Source of the DNA: Okeania sp.
GTDB lineage: Bacteria; Cyanobacteriota; Cyanobacteriia; Cyanobacteriales; Microcoleaceae
Direction of reading: 5' to 3'
DNA: 27,812 bases
Assembly (NCBI RefSeq): GCF_035285525.1
Contig: NZ_JAYKGW010000097.1
Span: 1 to 27,812 of the forward strand
How positions within the stretch are numbered: the first letter of the stretch is position 1; every line of letters begins with the position of its first letter. Shown piece by piece: positions 9,031 through 18,899 of this stretch. The notes below the pieces were generated by a model that worked only from the letters and a program-made list of their open reading frames with translations, ran no database searches and was not told the DNA's origin. The translations under genes were made by a program, and so were the position numbers.

Positions 9031-9765
9031 ATGAGGAAATTCTAGCTAAGAATAAGAATATTATTTGACAAGCATAAAGACTTTTTCAAAAAATGAGTTT
9101 AAAAGGGCTAGTATGTTAATAGCTGTTGGCGAAGCATTCCGCAAGAAATGCTGATCCTGATATTGATGGTAAGTGTTATACTAGAGTTGGTTTATAGTAA
9201 TCCTAAATAGGTTGTGACCAATCAAAAAGTAAATAAAAAACTGAGATTTGCTTTTGTTTTTAGTTAAGATTTCTTTAAAAGCGTAAGCATTCAGCTATTA
9301 GGAGTCTGCATCGTCAGTTCAAGCGCCATAAAAATGAATGGCAAACACTCTTTTAACTTCTACTTTTCAACCTGATGTTTGATGTTTTTAAAGTATATTT
9401 ATGGTCGGAAATTATAGATTTAGTTTAAAAGCTGAAAGCTGATTGCTAAATGCTTACCTAAAAGCGGTAAGATTTTTATAAACAAATAAAATAAGATTGC
9501 TATATAACTTATTTTGTAAGCATTTCCTGTGGAATGCTGCGCCAAAAGAAGTCAGCCATCAGCCATCAGATTTATTAACTTTAAAAGAGGAAAAAGCAAT
9601 AAGCCAGATTTCCAAGCGTTATAAATTATGGTTCATTAATGGATAATTATATTATTTGTTAAAAAGCTGATATTAAAAAGCTGAGAGCTGACGGTGAATA
9701 GCTGAATGCTGACCCTAATTTTATTCAAAATTGCTCCTTAGATAAAAATTGCTAAAAATTTAACA

Positions 9766-10164
9766 ATGTCGGAAAAACTTAAGTTAATGGTTGTTGATGA
9801 TGAGCCGAATAATTTAGATCTATTATATCGGACTTTTCGACGTCAATTTAAAGTATTTAGGGCAGAAAATGCTAGATTAGCTATGGAAATTCTGGAAACA
9901 GAGGGTGAAATGGCTGTTATTATTTCTGACCAAAGTATGCCAGATATGACAGGTATTCAATTTCTTAAAAAAACCAAAAATAGCTTTCCTGATACTATTC
10001 GGATTTTATTAAGTGGCTATACAGAAGAAGAAATAGATCCTGAAATTGATGATATACAAGAGGCGGATATTTTTAAATGTGTAACTAAACCTTGTTCTCC
10101 TCAGGAACTTAAGGATATCCTTCAAGAATGTTTGGAAATATATAAATCTAAGAAAGGTTTATAA
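9766..10164 (+). CDS. Single-domain response regulator (CheY-like receiver only)
   Basis: 132 aa. It has the acidic pocket VVDDEP, the phospho-acceptor context IISDQSMPDMTG, then LLSGY and a conserved Lys-Pro (TKPC). There is no output domain. Confidence 0.85.
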   Translation: MSEKLKLMVVDDEPNNLDLLYRTFRRQFKVFRAENARLAMEILETEGEMAVIISDQSMPDMTGIQFLKKTKNSFPDTIRILLSGYTEEEIDPEIDDIQEADIFKCVTKPCSPQELKDILQECLEIYKSKKGL

Positions 10165-10846
10165 GTAGAAAGTAAGCATTTAGCCGTCAGCTATCAGCTC
10201 TTCCTACAGAATACTAAGCAAACAGCTTTTAAGTTATATAGAATATATTTTCTACTACGAAATTGCTTATGTTAATAATTCAGAGATTAAAAAGATGACC
10301 GCTTTTTGCACAGCATTCCGCCAGAAAGGAAATGTTAATAGCTGAATGCTTCCAAGAGAAAATAACGAATAAGCTAAAACGCATTTTAAATATGTCTTAG
10401 TAAATCAGATTCGTCAGCATTCAGCTATTAGCTCAAGCGCCATAAAAATGAATAACAAGCACTATTTTAACTTCTACTTTTCAACCATATATCTAACGTT
10501 TCAAACTATCTATATTTATAGTCTTCATTAATGGATAATGGATAATGGATAATTACCTCTCCCTAAGAGTGAGAGGATTGGTGCTTAAGGAAAAAATTTA
10601 TTTTTTTCCCCTATCCAAGGGGAGGCTTCAAGGCGCGAATTATTTAATGGTTTAATTATTCATTATTTCGGTAAATTTAAATTATAGATTTGCTTACTTC
10701 AAAATCTGATAAGCTGTTTCGCTGCGCGACATGGAAAACAGAGCATTCCCTATACGAAAAAGCATAGCTCCTCCCCAGGAGGCTAAGTGAAAATGCAGAA
10801 TGCTTACTCAAATTCTTTAGAATTACTATTAGGAGAAAAATTATCA

Positions 10847-12565
10847 ATGCTGAGATTAGAACATATAAGTAAAATATATGCTACAGGTGTTGTTCTCAAA
10901 GATGTTAATTGGGAAGTTAAACCAGGAGATAGAATTGGTTTAGTGGGTGTTAATGGAGCTGGAAAATCAACTCAATTAAAAATTATTACTGGGGAAATAG
11001 AACCTACTTCTGGGGAAATTATTCGTCCAGCAAGTTTACATATTGCTTATCTAACTCAAGAATTTGAAGTAAATCCTAATCGTACAGTTAGAGAAGAGTT
11101 TTGGACAGTATTTACAGAGGCTAATAAAACTCACGAATCTCTTCTAGAAGTACAACGAGAAATGGAAACTGCTACTCCAGAAAAATTAGATGAACTTATT
11201 CATAAATTAGACCGTTTACAACGACAGTTTGAAGCTTTAAATGGTTATGGATTAGATGCAGAAATAGAAAAAATATTGCCAGAAATGGGATTTGAATCTG
11301 AGGATGGCGATCGCTTAGTGAGTGCTTTTAGTGGTGGTTGGAAAATGCGGATGAGTTTAGGAAAAATTCTTTTGCAAAATCCAGATATGTTACTTTTAGA
11401 TGAACCGACTAATCATTTAGATTTAGAAACTATTGAATGGTTAGAAAATTATTTAAAGAATTTAGTAACTCCGATGGTTGTTGTTTCTCACGACCGAGAA
11501 TTTATCGACCGTCTTTGTAATCAAATTGTGGAAACGGAAAGAGGTGTTTCTACTTCTTATTTAGGAAATTATTCAGCTTATTTACAACAAAAATTAGAAA
11601 ATCAAGCTGCGCAGCTTAGCACTTATGAAAGACAACAAAAAGAATTAGAAAAACAACAAGCTTTTGTGGAAAAGTTTCGTGCTAGTGCTACTCGCAGTAC
11701 CCAGGCAAAAAGCCGAGAAAAACTGTTAGAAAAAATAGAAGTTATCGAAGCTCCTCTTGCAAGATTAAAAACTTTAACTTTCCATTTTCCTCCTGCTCCC
11801 CGTAGTGGTCGAGATGTCGCAATAATTAAAGATTTAGTTCATACTTATGATGAAAAAATTCTCTTTTTAGGAGCAAATTTAGAAATAGAAAGAGGAGATA
11901 AAATTGCTTTTCTCGGACCGAATGGTTGTGGAAAGTCTACTTTACTCCGAATGATTATGGGATTGGAAGAACCTACGGAAGGTACAGTGGAATTAGGTAA
12001 ATATAATGTTATTCCTAGTTACTTTGAGCAAAACCAAGCAGAAGCTTTAGATTTAATCAAAACTGTGATGGAAACTATCCATGATGAAGTGCCTGATTGG
12101 AAAAATGAAGAGGTTAGAACTTTGCTTGGTAATTTCTTGTTCAGTGGAGATACAGTATTTAAAAAAGTAGCTGCTTTAAGTGGTGGAGAAAAAGCTCGTT
12201 TAGCTTTAGCTAAAATGTTGCTGAAACCGGGAAATTTTATGTTATTAGATGAGCCAACAAATCATTTAGATATTCCAGCTAAGGAAATGTTAGAGTCGGC
12301 ACTAAGAGATTATGATGGAACCGTAGTTATTGTTTCCCACGACCGTTATTTTATTTCTCAAGTTGCTAATAAAATTGTAGAAATTCGTGATGGTGAATTT
12401 CAGACTTATTTAGGAGATTATCATTATTATCTCAATAAAATTGAGGAAGAAAAAGAAGCAAAAAGATTAGCGAAAATAGCAGCCGAAAAAGCTGCCAAAA
12501 AAGCTGAGAAAGCTGCCAAGAAAAAACAAAAAGAAAAAGAGAAAGCTGCTGCTAAACGTAAATAG
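10847..12565 (+). CDS. ABC-F family ATPase (two ABC cassettes, no transmembrane domain) with a Lys/Ala-rich C-terminal tail
   Basis: Walker A GVNGAGKST and GPNGCGKST, signatures SGGWKMR and LSGGEKAR, and Walker B LLLDEPTNHLD twice. I place the start at ATG 10847 (MLRLEHISKIY, with AGGAG 9 nt upstream) rather than the GTG at 10787 used by the ORF track. Confidence 0.9.
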   Translation: MLRLEHISKIYATGVVLKDVNWEVKPGDRIGLVGVNGAGKSTQLKIITGEIEPTSGEIIRPASLHIAYLTQEFEVNPNRTVREEFWTVFTEANKTHESLLEVQREMETATPEKLDELIHKLDRLQRQFEALNGYGLDAEIEKILPEMGFESEDGDRLVSAFSGGWKMRMSLGKILLQNPDMLLLDEPTNHLDLETIEWLENYLKNLVTPMVVVSHDREFIDRLCNQIVETERGVSTSYLGNYSAYLQQKLENQAAQLSTYERQQKELEKQQAFVEKFRASATRSTQAKSREKLLEKIEVIEAPLARLKTLTFHFPPAPRSGRDVAIIKDLVHTYDEKILFLGANLEIERGDKIAFLGPNGCGKSTLLRMIMGLEEPTEGTVELGKYNVIPSYFEQNQAEALDLIKTVMETIHDEVPDWKNEEVRTLLGNFLFSGDTVFKKVAALSGGEKARLALAKMLLKPGNFMLLDEPTNHLDIPAKEMLESALRDYDGTVVIVSHDRYFISQVANKIVEIRDGEFQTYLGDYHYYLNKIEEEKEAKRLAKIAAEKAAKKAEKAAKKKQKEKEKAAAKRK

Positions 12566-13105
12566 TTTTGATGTTACCATTCAGCAGTCAGCTAGCCTCC
12601 TATGGAGGAGCTTCGCTTTTCACGCCCAGGGAAACATTTATCAGCTATTGCTTTTAGTTTTATATAAAATCCTATTCTCGGTTTATTAACTAAAGTATAG
12701 AAATTAAAGTAAATTTCTCTTTAACAATTAAATAGAAATTGAAAGAAGTAGCTAAGGATAATAAAAATTTCTGAAAAAAAAGGTAATCAGTTAACCTTAG
12801 TAATTACTGGTTTTTCAAAAGCTTTTTGTCTAGTATTTCACAGCAAATAGGAGTTAGTTAAATACTTAAATAATTCAAGATTCAGTTTAATATTTTGGTA
12901 AGACTTTCATTATGTATTTCTATTTTTAGTATAGCAATTCCCATACTTGTGAGGTAAAGTTTTCCTTTCAAAGGGGTATTTAGGGGGATTATCAATGTAC
13001 CTTACTAAGCTGGGAAATGCTGTATTTTCAAAGCAAATTTTCACTCAGAAACCTAATAGTATTTTTTTACATTATCCATTTTAATGTTTCGGTAAAATTA
13101 TAATT

Positions 13106-13696
13106 ATGTCGATTTTTACTATCTTAAAAAGTACATTTTTATTAAGCAGTCTAATAATATGTTTTGATTATTTCCAACCAAATGACAAAACATTTAATCA
13201 TCAAGTTATTAATTTTCCAGACAATGAATTATTAGCTAAAGATTCCACACCAGTAGCAGCAGAATTACAAGAAATTTTACCTAAAATAAAAGCACAAACT
13301 AACGTGCCAATTTTACTGCCTACTGAACTATTAATTACAGAGATAGATAGAGAAATTTATGTTGAAGGTGAAGGTACAAATAATGGGTATAAAATTACTT
13401 TAGCTTTTACACCTGATTGTACTGCCAATGCTTGTTCAATAGGTTATTTTAGTGCTGAAAAAGAAGGTAAACCTTTAGAAGATGAATTTAGCAGAGAATT
13501 AATTTTAGTGCAAGATATTAAAGGATATTTTAGACCATTAAGTTGTGGTGCATCTTGTGCGCTTCCAATTATTGGTTGGGAATATAAAGGAGTATTTTAT
13601 CGCATGGCTTTTAAAGGTGCTGGTCAAAGTCCGGAAATAGAAGGAAAAACTTTAGCAGAAATGGCTAATTCTGCAATTGAAGCGGGGGAAAGATAA
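13106..13696 (+). CDS. Hypothetical exported or membrane-anchored protein
   Basis: 196-aa ORF with an N-terminal hydrophobic stretch (ILKSTFLLSSLIICF) and two Cys pairs (CTANAC, CGASC). I recognise no family. Confidence 0.55.
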   Translation: MSIFTILKSTFLLSSLIICFDYFQPNDKTFNHQVINFPDNELLAKDSTPVAAELQEILPKIKAQTNVPILLPTELLITEIDREIYVEGEGTNNGYKITLAFTPDCTANACSIGYFSAEKEGKPLEDEFSRELILVQDIKGYFRPLSCGASCALPIIGWEYKGVFYRMAFKGAGQSPEIEGKTLAEMANSAIEAGER

Positions 13697-13811
13697 GATT
13701 AATAGTAAGCATTCAGCTATTAGCTATCAGCTTTCAGCAAACTGACTTTTTCTTTCCTACAAAATGCTTTGCAAAAAACCGATTTTTATTCCTGAAAATG
13801 TCTAAGTACTA

Positions 13812-14040
13812 TTAATTAGGGTTTGCTGATTTATCGGGAACTGTAAAAGTCTATTAGTTAAGAAAGGGAACACTTAACTGTTTGGAGTATCTTCTACAGC
13901 CAAATTTTCTGATAATCAGGGTCGAAACTTTACCATTTTGAGACGACAATAGCTAAAAACTAGGTACTTTTTTAACACCTAAAAAGGCTACAACCTTTAT
14001 CTGTAAATACTTTTATATTTAATCAACAAACCCTAATTAA
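13812..14040. mobile_element. MITE-like element (family A), complete copy of 229 bp
   Basis: Left TIR TTAATTAGGGTTTGCTGAT (13812-13830). The reverse complement of 14022-14040 is TTAATTAGGGTTTGTTGAT, matching 18/19. No ORF inside. The right half aligns with the ends at 4930-5020 and 8075-8140, and in reverse with 20422-20505. Confidence 0.65.
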
Positions 14041-14117
14041 TAAAGCTTTTATAGAATATCAAAAATAATAGCTAATAACTAATAGCTGACGGCTGAATAC
14101 TTACGATTAATACTAAC

Positions 14118-15452
14118 ATGAAACAACTTAGTCTATTTCCAGAATGGGAATACGAAACTACAAAAAAAACGATCGATAACTATGGTGAAAGACAACACAT
14201 AGAAACTAAATTTTCACATCTAATTCAAGAGGAACTATACTTAGGTAAACTGGTATCTTATGTTGGAAATAAATCTCTACCAATTCTAGGTTTATATAGA
14301 TACAAAGAAGCCTTTGCATTTTCATTAGTTGAAGAATTTATTAAGCGATTTCAATTGACAGACAAAGACTTGATTTTTGAGCCTTTTTGTGGTATGGGAA
14401 CAACTCCATTTACTGCAATGCACGCTAATATTCAAACTGTAGCAATTGATAAATTACCAATAGCAGCTTTTATTGCTAATACTATGCCTTTATTCTGGCT
14501 AGTAGAACCTTCTTCTCTACATCATAATTTTGAACTATTAAAAAATAAATTAAGACAATTTGAACCTGCTGATGTTGCCTCTGATGTAGCAATTATTAAC
14601 AAGGCATTTTCCACAGAAACTTTGACAGAACTTTCTCAGTGGAAAAGTGCAATAGAAACTTTATCTAATCCCATAAAAGATATTTTTTTACTGCTCTTTT
14701 TATCAATTTTGGAACCTTGTAGTTATACAGCTAAAGACGGACAATTTTTAAGAATAAAAAAGGATAAAAAAATTTATTCCCCCACTGAAATACTGCAACA
14801 AAAAATATATCAAGCAGAACAAGATATCTTATCTATGAGAACTTTATGGGGAAATAAAAAACGCCAACTACCTGAAATTAAATTAGCAGATGCTCGTGAC
14901 TTAAGGAATGTTAAATTTTCTCAAAAACCTACTGCAATAATTACTTCTCCTCCTTACCCAAACCGTTATGATTATACTCGTATTTATTCCTTAGAACTTT
15001 GTTTTAATTTTGTGAAAAATTTTGAAGAGTTAAAAGAGTTGCGGTTTAGTATTTTACGCTCCCATATAGAATTAAAAGTTCAAGACAATGATGCTCCAAA
15101 TCATCCAGTTATTGCTGAAGTAGTAGATATTTTGCGACAACAAGGCAAAGTATTGAATAATCCTCGAATCCCTGATATGTTAGTAGGGTATTTTATTGAT
15201 ATGAATCAGGTTATTAAGGAGTGGTCTAAGGTATTAGTTTCTGGTGCTAAAGTTGCTATGGTAGTCGATAATGTTAGGTTTGCAGGCGAGTTAATACCTG
15301 TAGATTTAATCTTATCTGAAATGGCAGAAAAAGTAGGGTTTAAAGTTGAAAAAATTATTGTTGCCCGCTACAAAGGTAATAGTTCACAACAAATGGGTAA
15401 ATATGGTAGAATTCCTGTTCGTGAAAGTATTGTTGTCTGGCAAAAAAATTGA
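14118..15452 (+). CDS. Type II DNA methyltransferase (amino-methyltransferase, motif I before motif IV)
   Basis: 444 aa. The AdoMet motif FEPFCGMGTT lies near residue 88 and the catalytic motif ITSPPYPNRYDY near residue 277. S-P-P-Y is classically seen in N4-cytosine enzymes, though N6-adenine cannot be excluded. A nuclease gene follows 13 nt downstream. Confidence 0.85.
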   Translation: MKQLSLFPEWEYETTKKTIDNYGERQHIETKFSHLIQEELYLGKLVSYVGNKSLPILGLYRYKEAFAFSLVEEFIKRFQLTDKDLIFEPFCGMGTTPFTAMHANIQTVAIDKLPIAAFIANTMPLFWLVEPSSLHHNFELLKNKLRQFEPADVASDVAIINKAFSTETLTELSQWKSAIETLSNPIKDIFLLLFLSILEPCSYTAKDGQFLRIKKDKKIYSPTEILQQKIYQAEQDILSMRTLWGNKKRQLPEIKLADARDLRNVKFSQKPTAIITSPPYPNRYDYTRIYSLELCFNFVKNFEELKELRFSILRSHIELKVQDNDAPNHPVIAEVVDILRQQGKVLNNPRIPDMLVGYFIDMNQVIKEWSKVLVSGAKVAMVVDNVRFAGELIPVDLILSEMAEKVGFKVEKIIVARYKGNSSQQMGKYGRIPVRESIVVWQKN

Positions 15453-15464
15453 AGGTTTTAAATT

Positions 15465-16400
15465 GTGGTAAATGAGGATAAACGACAAGCTTGGGTCTTA
15501 GATCAACTTGCTAAAAGTGAACTTTTTCATCAAAAGTTACATGAATGGGAAATGTTAGAAATTGCAGATAAAATAGAAGAGGCAAAAGGAGAAACATGGG
15601 AATGGAATTTACAGAATTTAGGCATTTCTTAAACTGCATGGAATAAAGTGATTCATCGAGGAATCAAACCTGTAATTGTTTTTGCTCATCCCCAAGTTTT
15701 AATTAATATTCTATGTTCTGTTAGTTATTATAGAATGTTAGCAATGGTCTCTCAAAAATCTATGAGTCAAGTTGGATTATCAATTATTCGTTATGAGCAA
15801 GGTAATAGTTTAACTGATGAATTAATCGCTCGAAAAATTTCTCAACATTTGAATAAAATTATTAGTTATCTTATTAAAGCTGATGAGAAAATTGACTACC
15901 GTGAATTTCATATTTGGCGAGGTATGGCAGCGGGCGCTCAAGCTCAAGGTTCGTGGCAAAATATCAAGGGAAATAAGATTGAAATTATCATTAGAAGATT
16001 ATTAGAAAGGAGGTTAAATGAACAAAAATTGGTAACTGATGAAAATCTTGATAGTTCGACAATAAATTTGCTTGATGGCAGGGTCGTTATATTTGCAGAT
16101 GAACCAGATATAGGAATTTATAAAGATGAAAAAATTATAGCTGCTGTTGAAATAAAAGGAGGTATTGATAGAGCTGGTATTTTAGAAAGAGTAGGTGCTG
16201 CAATTAAAAGTTTAAGTCGAGCTAAAAAAATTAATTCTGAATCCATAACAGTTTTGATTTTACAAGGTGTTTCTATTACTAAACAAGCAATAGATGACCT
16301 GAATAACCATCAACTTATTGTTAATCATTGGTTCACTGTTGAAGAAGTATTGGAAAATAATCAAAAGCAAAAACAATTATTTGGAATACTAGATATTTAA
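15465..16400 (+). pseudogene. Type II restriction endonuclease (PD-ExK) gene interrupted by an in-frame TAA at 15630-15632
   Basis: My translation from GTG 15465 gives VVNEDKRQAWVLDQLAKSELFHQKLHEWEMLEIADKIEEAKGETWEWNLQNLGIS-stop-TAWNKVIHRGIKPVIVF..., in the same frame as track ORF 15648-16400. The nuclease motif is ADEPD...AAVEIKGG. GAAGG lies 9 nt upstream of the GTG. Confidence 0.7.
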
Positions 16401-16549
16401 TCTTTAACTCATCTTATTCATACTTATACTATTTCTCTTTAACAATGCACTTGAATTTTGACTCTTCTCTCTACCAAAAATACTTTCCATAAGCAAACCC
16501 TAATTAATTTTGTTTTTGTAGAGAAATTGTATGAGGCGATCGCTCACCT

Positions 16550-17193
16550 TTAACTATTAGCATTAGGAAAATTTTTTCTTAAGATAGGCATAGCTACACT
16601 TGAGCTTTCTTGTCTAGCAAGTTGCAAATATTCTACCACAATTTCTGCCACATTTAGAAGGGGAAAATATCGACTATTAGAAACAAGAATATAAGTGTTT
16701 GTTTTCAAGGTATAAATCATAAGTTTATTTTTTTTATATATATCCAAACTTCAGGAATTTTATAGGGAAGATAATCATTAACATCAGTGTAACTGGTAAC
16801 ATCAATTTCTAAGGCTAAATCAGGTGGAGTTTCCCTACTCCAGTCAATACGATCTTTACCCAATGCAACTTGCCAATTATGAATATAAAAACTATAGTCA
16901 GGTTCGATGCCACCAACTTCCGCTAAGTCTATTGTCATAGGAGTAAATGCTTCATATTTTTGTCCTAAGTAATATAATAAAATAGTAATTATATTAGCTA
17001 TGATGTGAGCTTCTCGTCCATTTTTAGGAAGAGGTGACATTAATAAAATTTCTCCCGATCGATATTTGATTCGTGGGTTAGCTTGCTCATCCCTTTGTTT
17101 AATTAGTTTTTTATAGCCTGTCCATGTACCAAGCAAATGAACAAATGTGCCTGGAGATAACTTAATTTTTTCTGGTGTAACAACAGCAATCAT
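16550..17193 (-). pseudogene. Uma2-family (DUF820) endonuclease gene with a frameshift in an A8 homopolymer
   Basis: Track ORFs 16717-17193 and 16550-16747 overlap. The first ends ...YKIPEVWIYIKKINL-stop. The second continues KKNKLMIYTLKTNTYILVSNSRYFPLL..., as expected for the family. Adding one A to the run (T8 on plus, 16727-16734) joins them. Confidence 0.75.
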
Positions 17194-17353
17194 TTTCAGT
17201 ATATTAGTAAGTATTTAGCCGTCAGTTATTAGCAGCTATAAGTTATTAATTTATTATTTCATTATCTTAGAAAAATAAATTAGTCTTCAAGCATAATTAA
17301 AAGTTACTATAGTAATCCTATTTTACAAAAAAATAGACAATTATACAAGCTAA

Positions 17354-17539
17354 AGATATGCTTTATTTAATCTGAGATTACTATACGAATCAAGTGGACT
17401 TAATTTAAGTGGGGCTAGTTTACGAAATGCTAATTTAAAATGGGCAGATTTAAAAGAGGCAATTTTAGAGCGGGTTATATTTGCCCAAAATGAAAAAATA
17501 TACTTGAAATTGACTATATTTCTAACTCCTGAATCCTGA
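17354..17539 (+). pseudogene. Pentapeptide-repeat gene remnant without a start codon
   Basis: The open frame after the TAA at 17351 reads ...SGLNLSGASLRNANLKWADLKEAILERVIFAQNEKIYLKLTIFLTPES-stop. There is no ATG, GTG or TTG in frame before the repeats. Confidence 0.45.
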
Positions 17540-17663
17540 CTTCTGATTTATGACTTTTGACTATTAATATTTAACCACACCGCAAAATTAGTTTTCATTT
17601 AATTTTCTGGGAGGGAAAACTGATATAACAGTTAAAAATATATATGATGAAACTTTTGACTAT

Positions 17664-18437
17664 ATGACTGGTATTGAAGGATTATGGCCTCATAATATTA
17701 GCCCCAACCGACTAGCGGTGTTGGAAATAAAATTGGTACTTTGGTTGCGATCGCAGAATTTTAACTTAGAGTTAGTTTCTCAGTCATCAGAATCTAAATC
17801 TCCAGAGGAGTTAAAAAGTTTAATGTTATCTGCAACTGCTGCTGGATGTGATTTTTCAGAGTTTAGAATAATCAGTAAAAATGTAGTTGAGGCAAATACA
17901 GAAAATTTATTGGACTTAGCAAATATTGCTGGTATAAATCCTGCTGAAGATTTTGCTGGTGCTAAATTATTAGGTGTGAATTTATGTGGTATTGATTTGA
18001 GTGGAGCAAATTTATATGGTGCTTATTTACGGGGTGCAGATTTAAGTGATGCAGATTTAAGTGAAGCCAACCTTAGTCAAGTAAATTTTGGTGGTGCAGA
18101 TTTGAGTGGTGCTTTGTTAAGCAATGCTAATTTAAGTAATGCTAATATGAACCGTGTTAGTCTAGCTTTGGCTAATTTAAGTGGCGCTAATTTAAGTAAT
18201 GCTAATTTAAGTAATGCTAATTTAAGTAATGCTAATTTAAGTAATGCTAATTTAAGTAATGCTAATTTAAGTAATGCTGATTTAAGTAATGCTGGATTAG
18301 CACTAACAAATTTAAAAGGAGCTAATTTTCAGAATACAAAAGTAGAGAAAGCTAGGTTATGGCATGATGGTGGTTTATCTGAAGAAATGAAGCAAGATTT
18401 AATGAAGCGTGGAGCAATTTTTGAGAATCCTGAATAG
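17664..18437 (+). CDS. Pentapeptide-repeat protein
   Basis: 257 aa. After a non-repetitive N-terminal region of about 100 aa come A(D/N)LSx pentapeptides (GANLYGAYLRGADLSDADLSEANLSQVNFGGADLSGALLSNANLSNANM...). The C-terminal tail is GLSEEMKQDLMKRGAIFENPE. Confidence 0.9.
   Translation: MTGIEGLWPHNISPNRLAVLEIKLVLWLRSQNFNLELVSQSSESKSPEELKSLMLSATAAGCDFSEFRIISKNVVEANTENLLDLANIAGINPAEDFAGAKLLGVNLCGIDLSGANLYGAYLRGADLSDADLSEANLSQVNFGGADLSGALLSNANLSNANMNRVSLALANLSGANLSNANLSNANLSNANLSNANLSNANLSNADLSNAGLALTNLKGANFQNTKVEKARLWHDGGLSEEMKQDLMKRGAIFENPE
18186..18290. repeat. 15-bp tandem repeat GCTAATTTAAGTAAT, six perfect copies plus one imperfect, in frame (ANLSN)n
   Basis: Read directly. The units start at 18186, 18201, 18216, 18231, 18246 and 18261 and are identical. 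The unit at 18276 has one change (GCTGAT...). Confidence 0.95.
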
Positions 18438-18505
18438 GAATCATAAATTAGGAAAATAACAGAGTAGTAGAAGGGAAAAAAAATGTCCTTCAATTTTTCT
18501 GTTTT

Positions 18506-18565
18506 TGTCAGCTCAAAATCTTCACATTTTGAGCTTAAGCAAGCAAAAAGCTGACAATTTTTTTT
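18506..18565 (+). terminator. Compound hairpin followed by T8, candidate terminator of the 17664 gene
   Basis: The inner perfect 9-bp stem is GCTCAAAAT/ATTTTGAGC (18511-18534). The outer arms are TGTCAGC (18506-18512) and GCTGACA (18550-18556). ATTTTTTTT follows. Confidence 0.4.
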
Positions 18566-18899
18566 GCACAAATAAAGGCTAAAGCTTTTTCAGCACCTAA
18601 AATTCTGACAAGCATAATTAATGTTAATGTTTTGATATTGTAAGCATTCAGCTATTAGCAATAAAAATATCATACTTAAGGAGAATATTTAAAAGAATAT
18701 AGACTTTAAAACTGACTTTTATCGTAAAATTTCATTCTGAATCATAAAGCTTTGATCAGAAACTAAAAGCAATAGCTGTTAACCTAGTTACAACTCAGAA
18801 GGCTGGCTGAATGCTTACTTAATATTTAATTAGCCAGCCCTAATTATTCGGAGCTATCCAGAACTAAATTAATTTCAAAGGTTAAAGATATAGATATAT

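Noticed and set aside
16897-16915. GGTTCGATGCC, resembling a tRNA T-arm
   Set aside because: It lies inside the Uma2 coding sequence. No acceptor, D or anticodon stems can be drawn around it. I saw no tRNA or rRNA genes in the window.
18329-18571. 80-aa minus-strand ORF
   Set aside because: It overlaps the 3' end of the pentapeptide gene and the candidate terminator. It is low-complexity with no motif.
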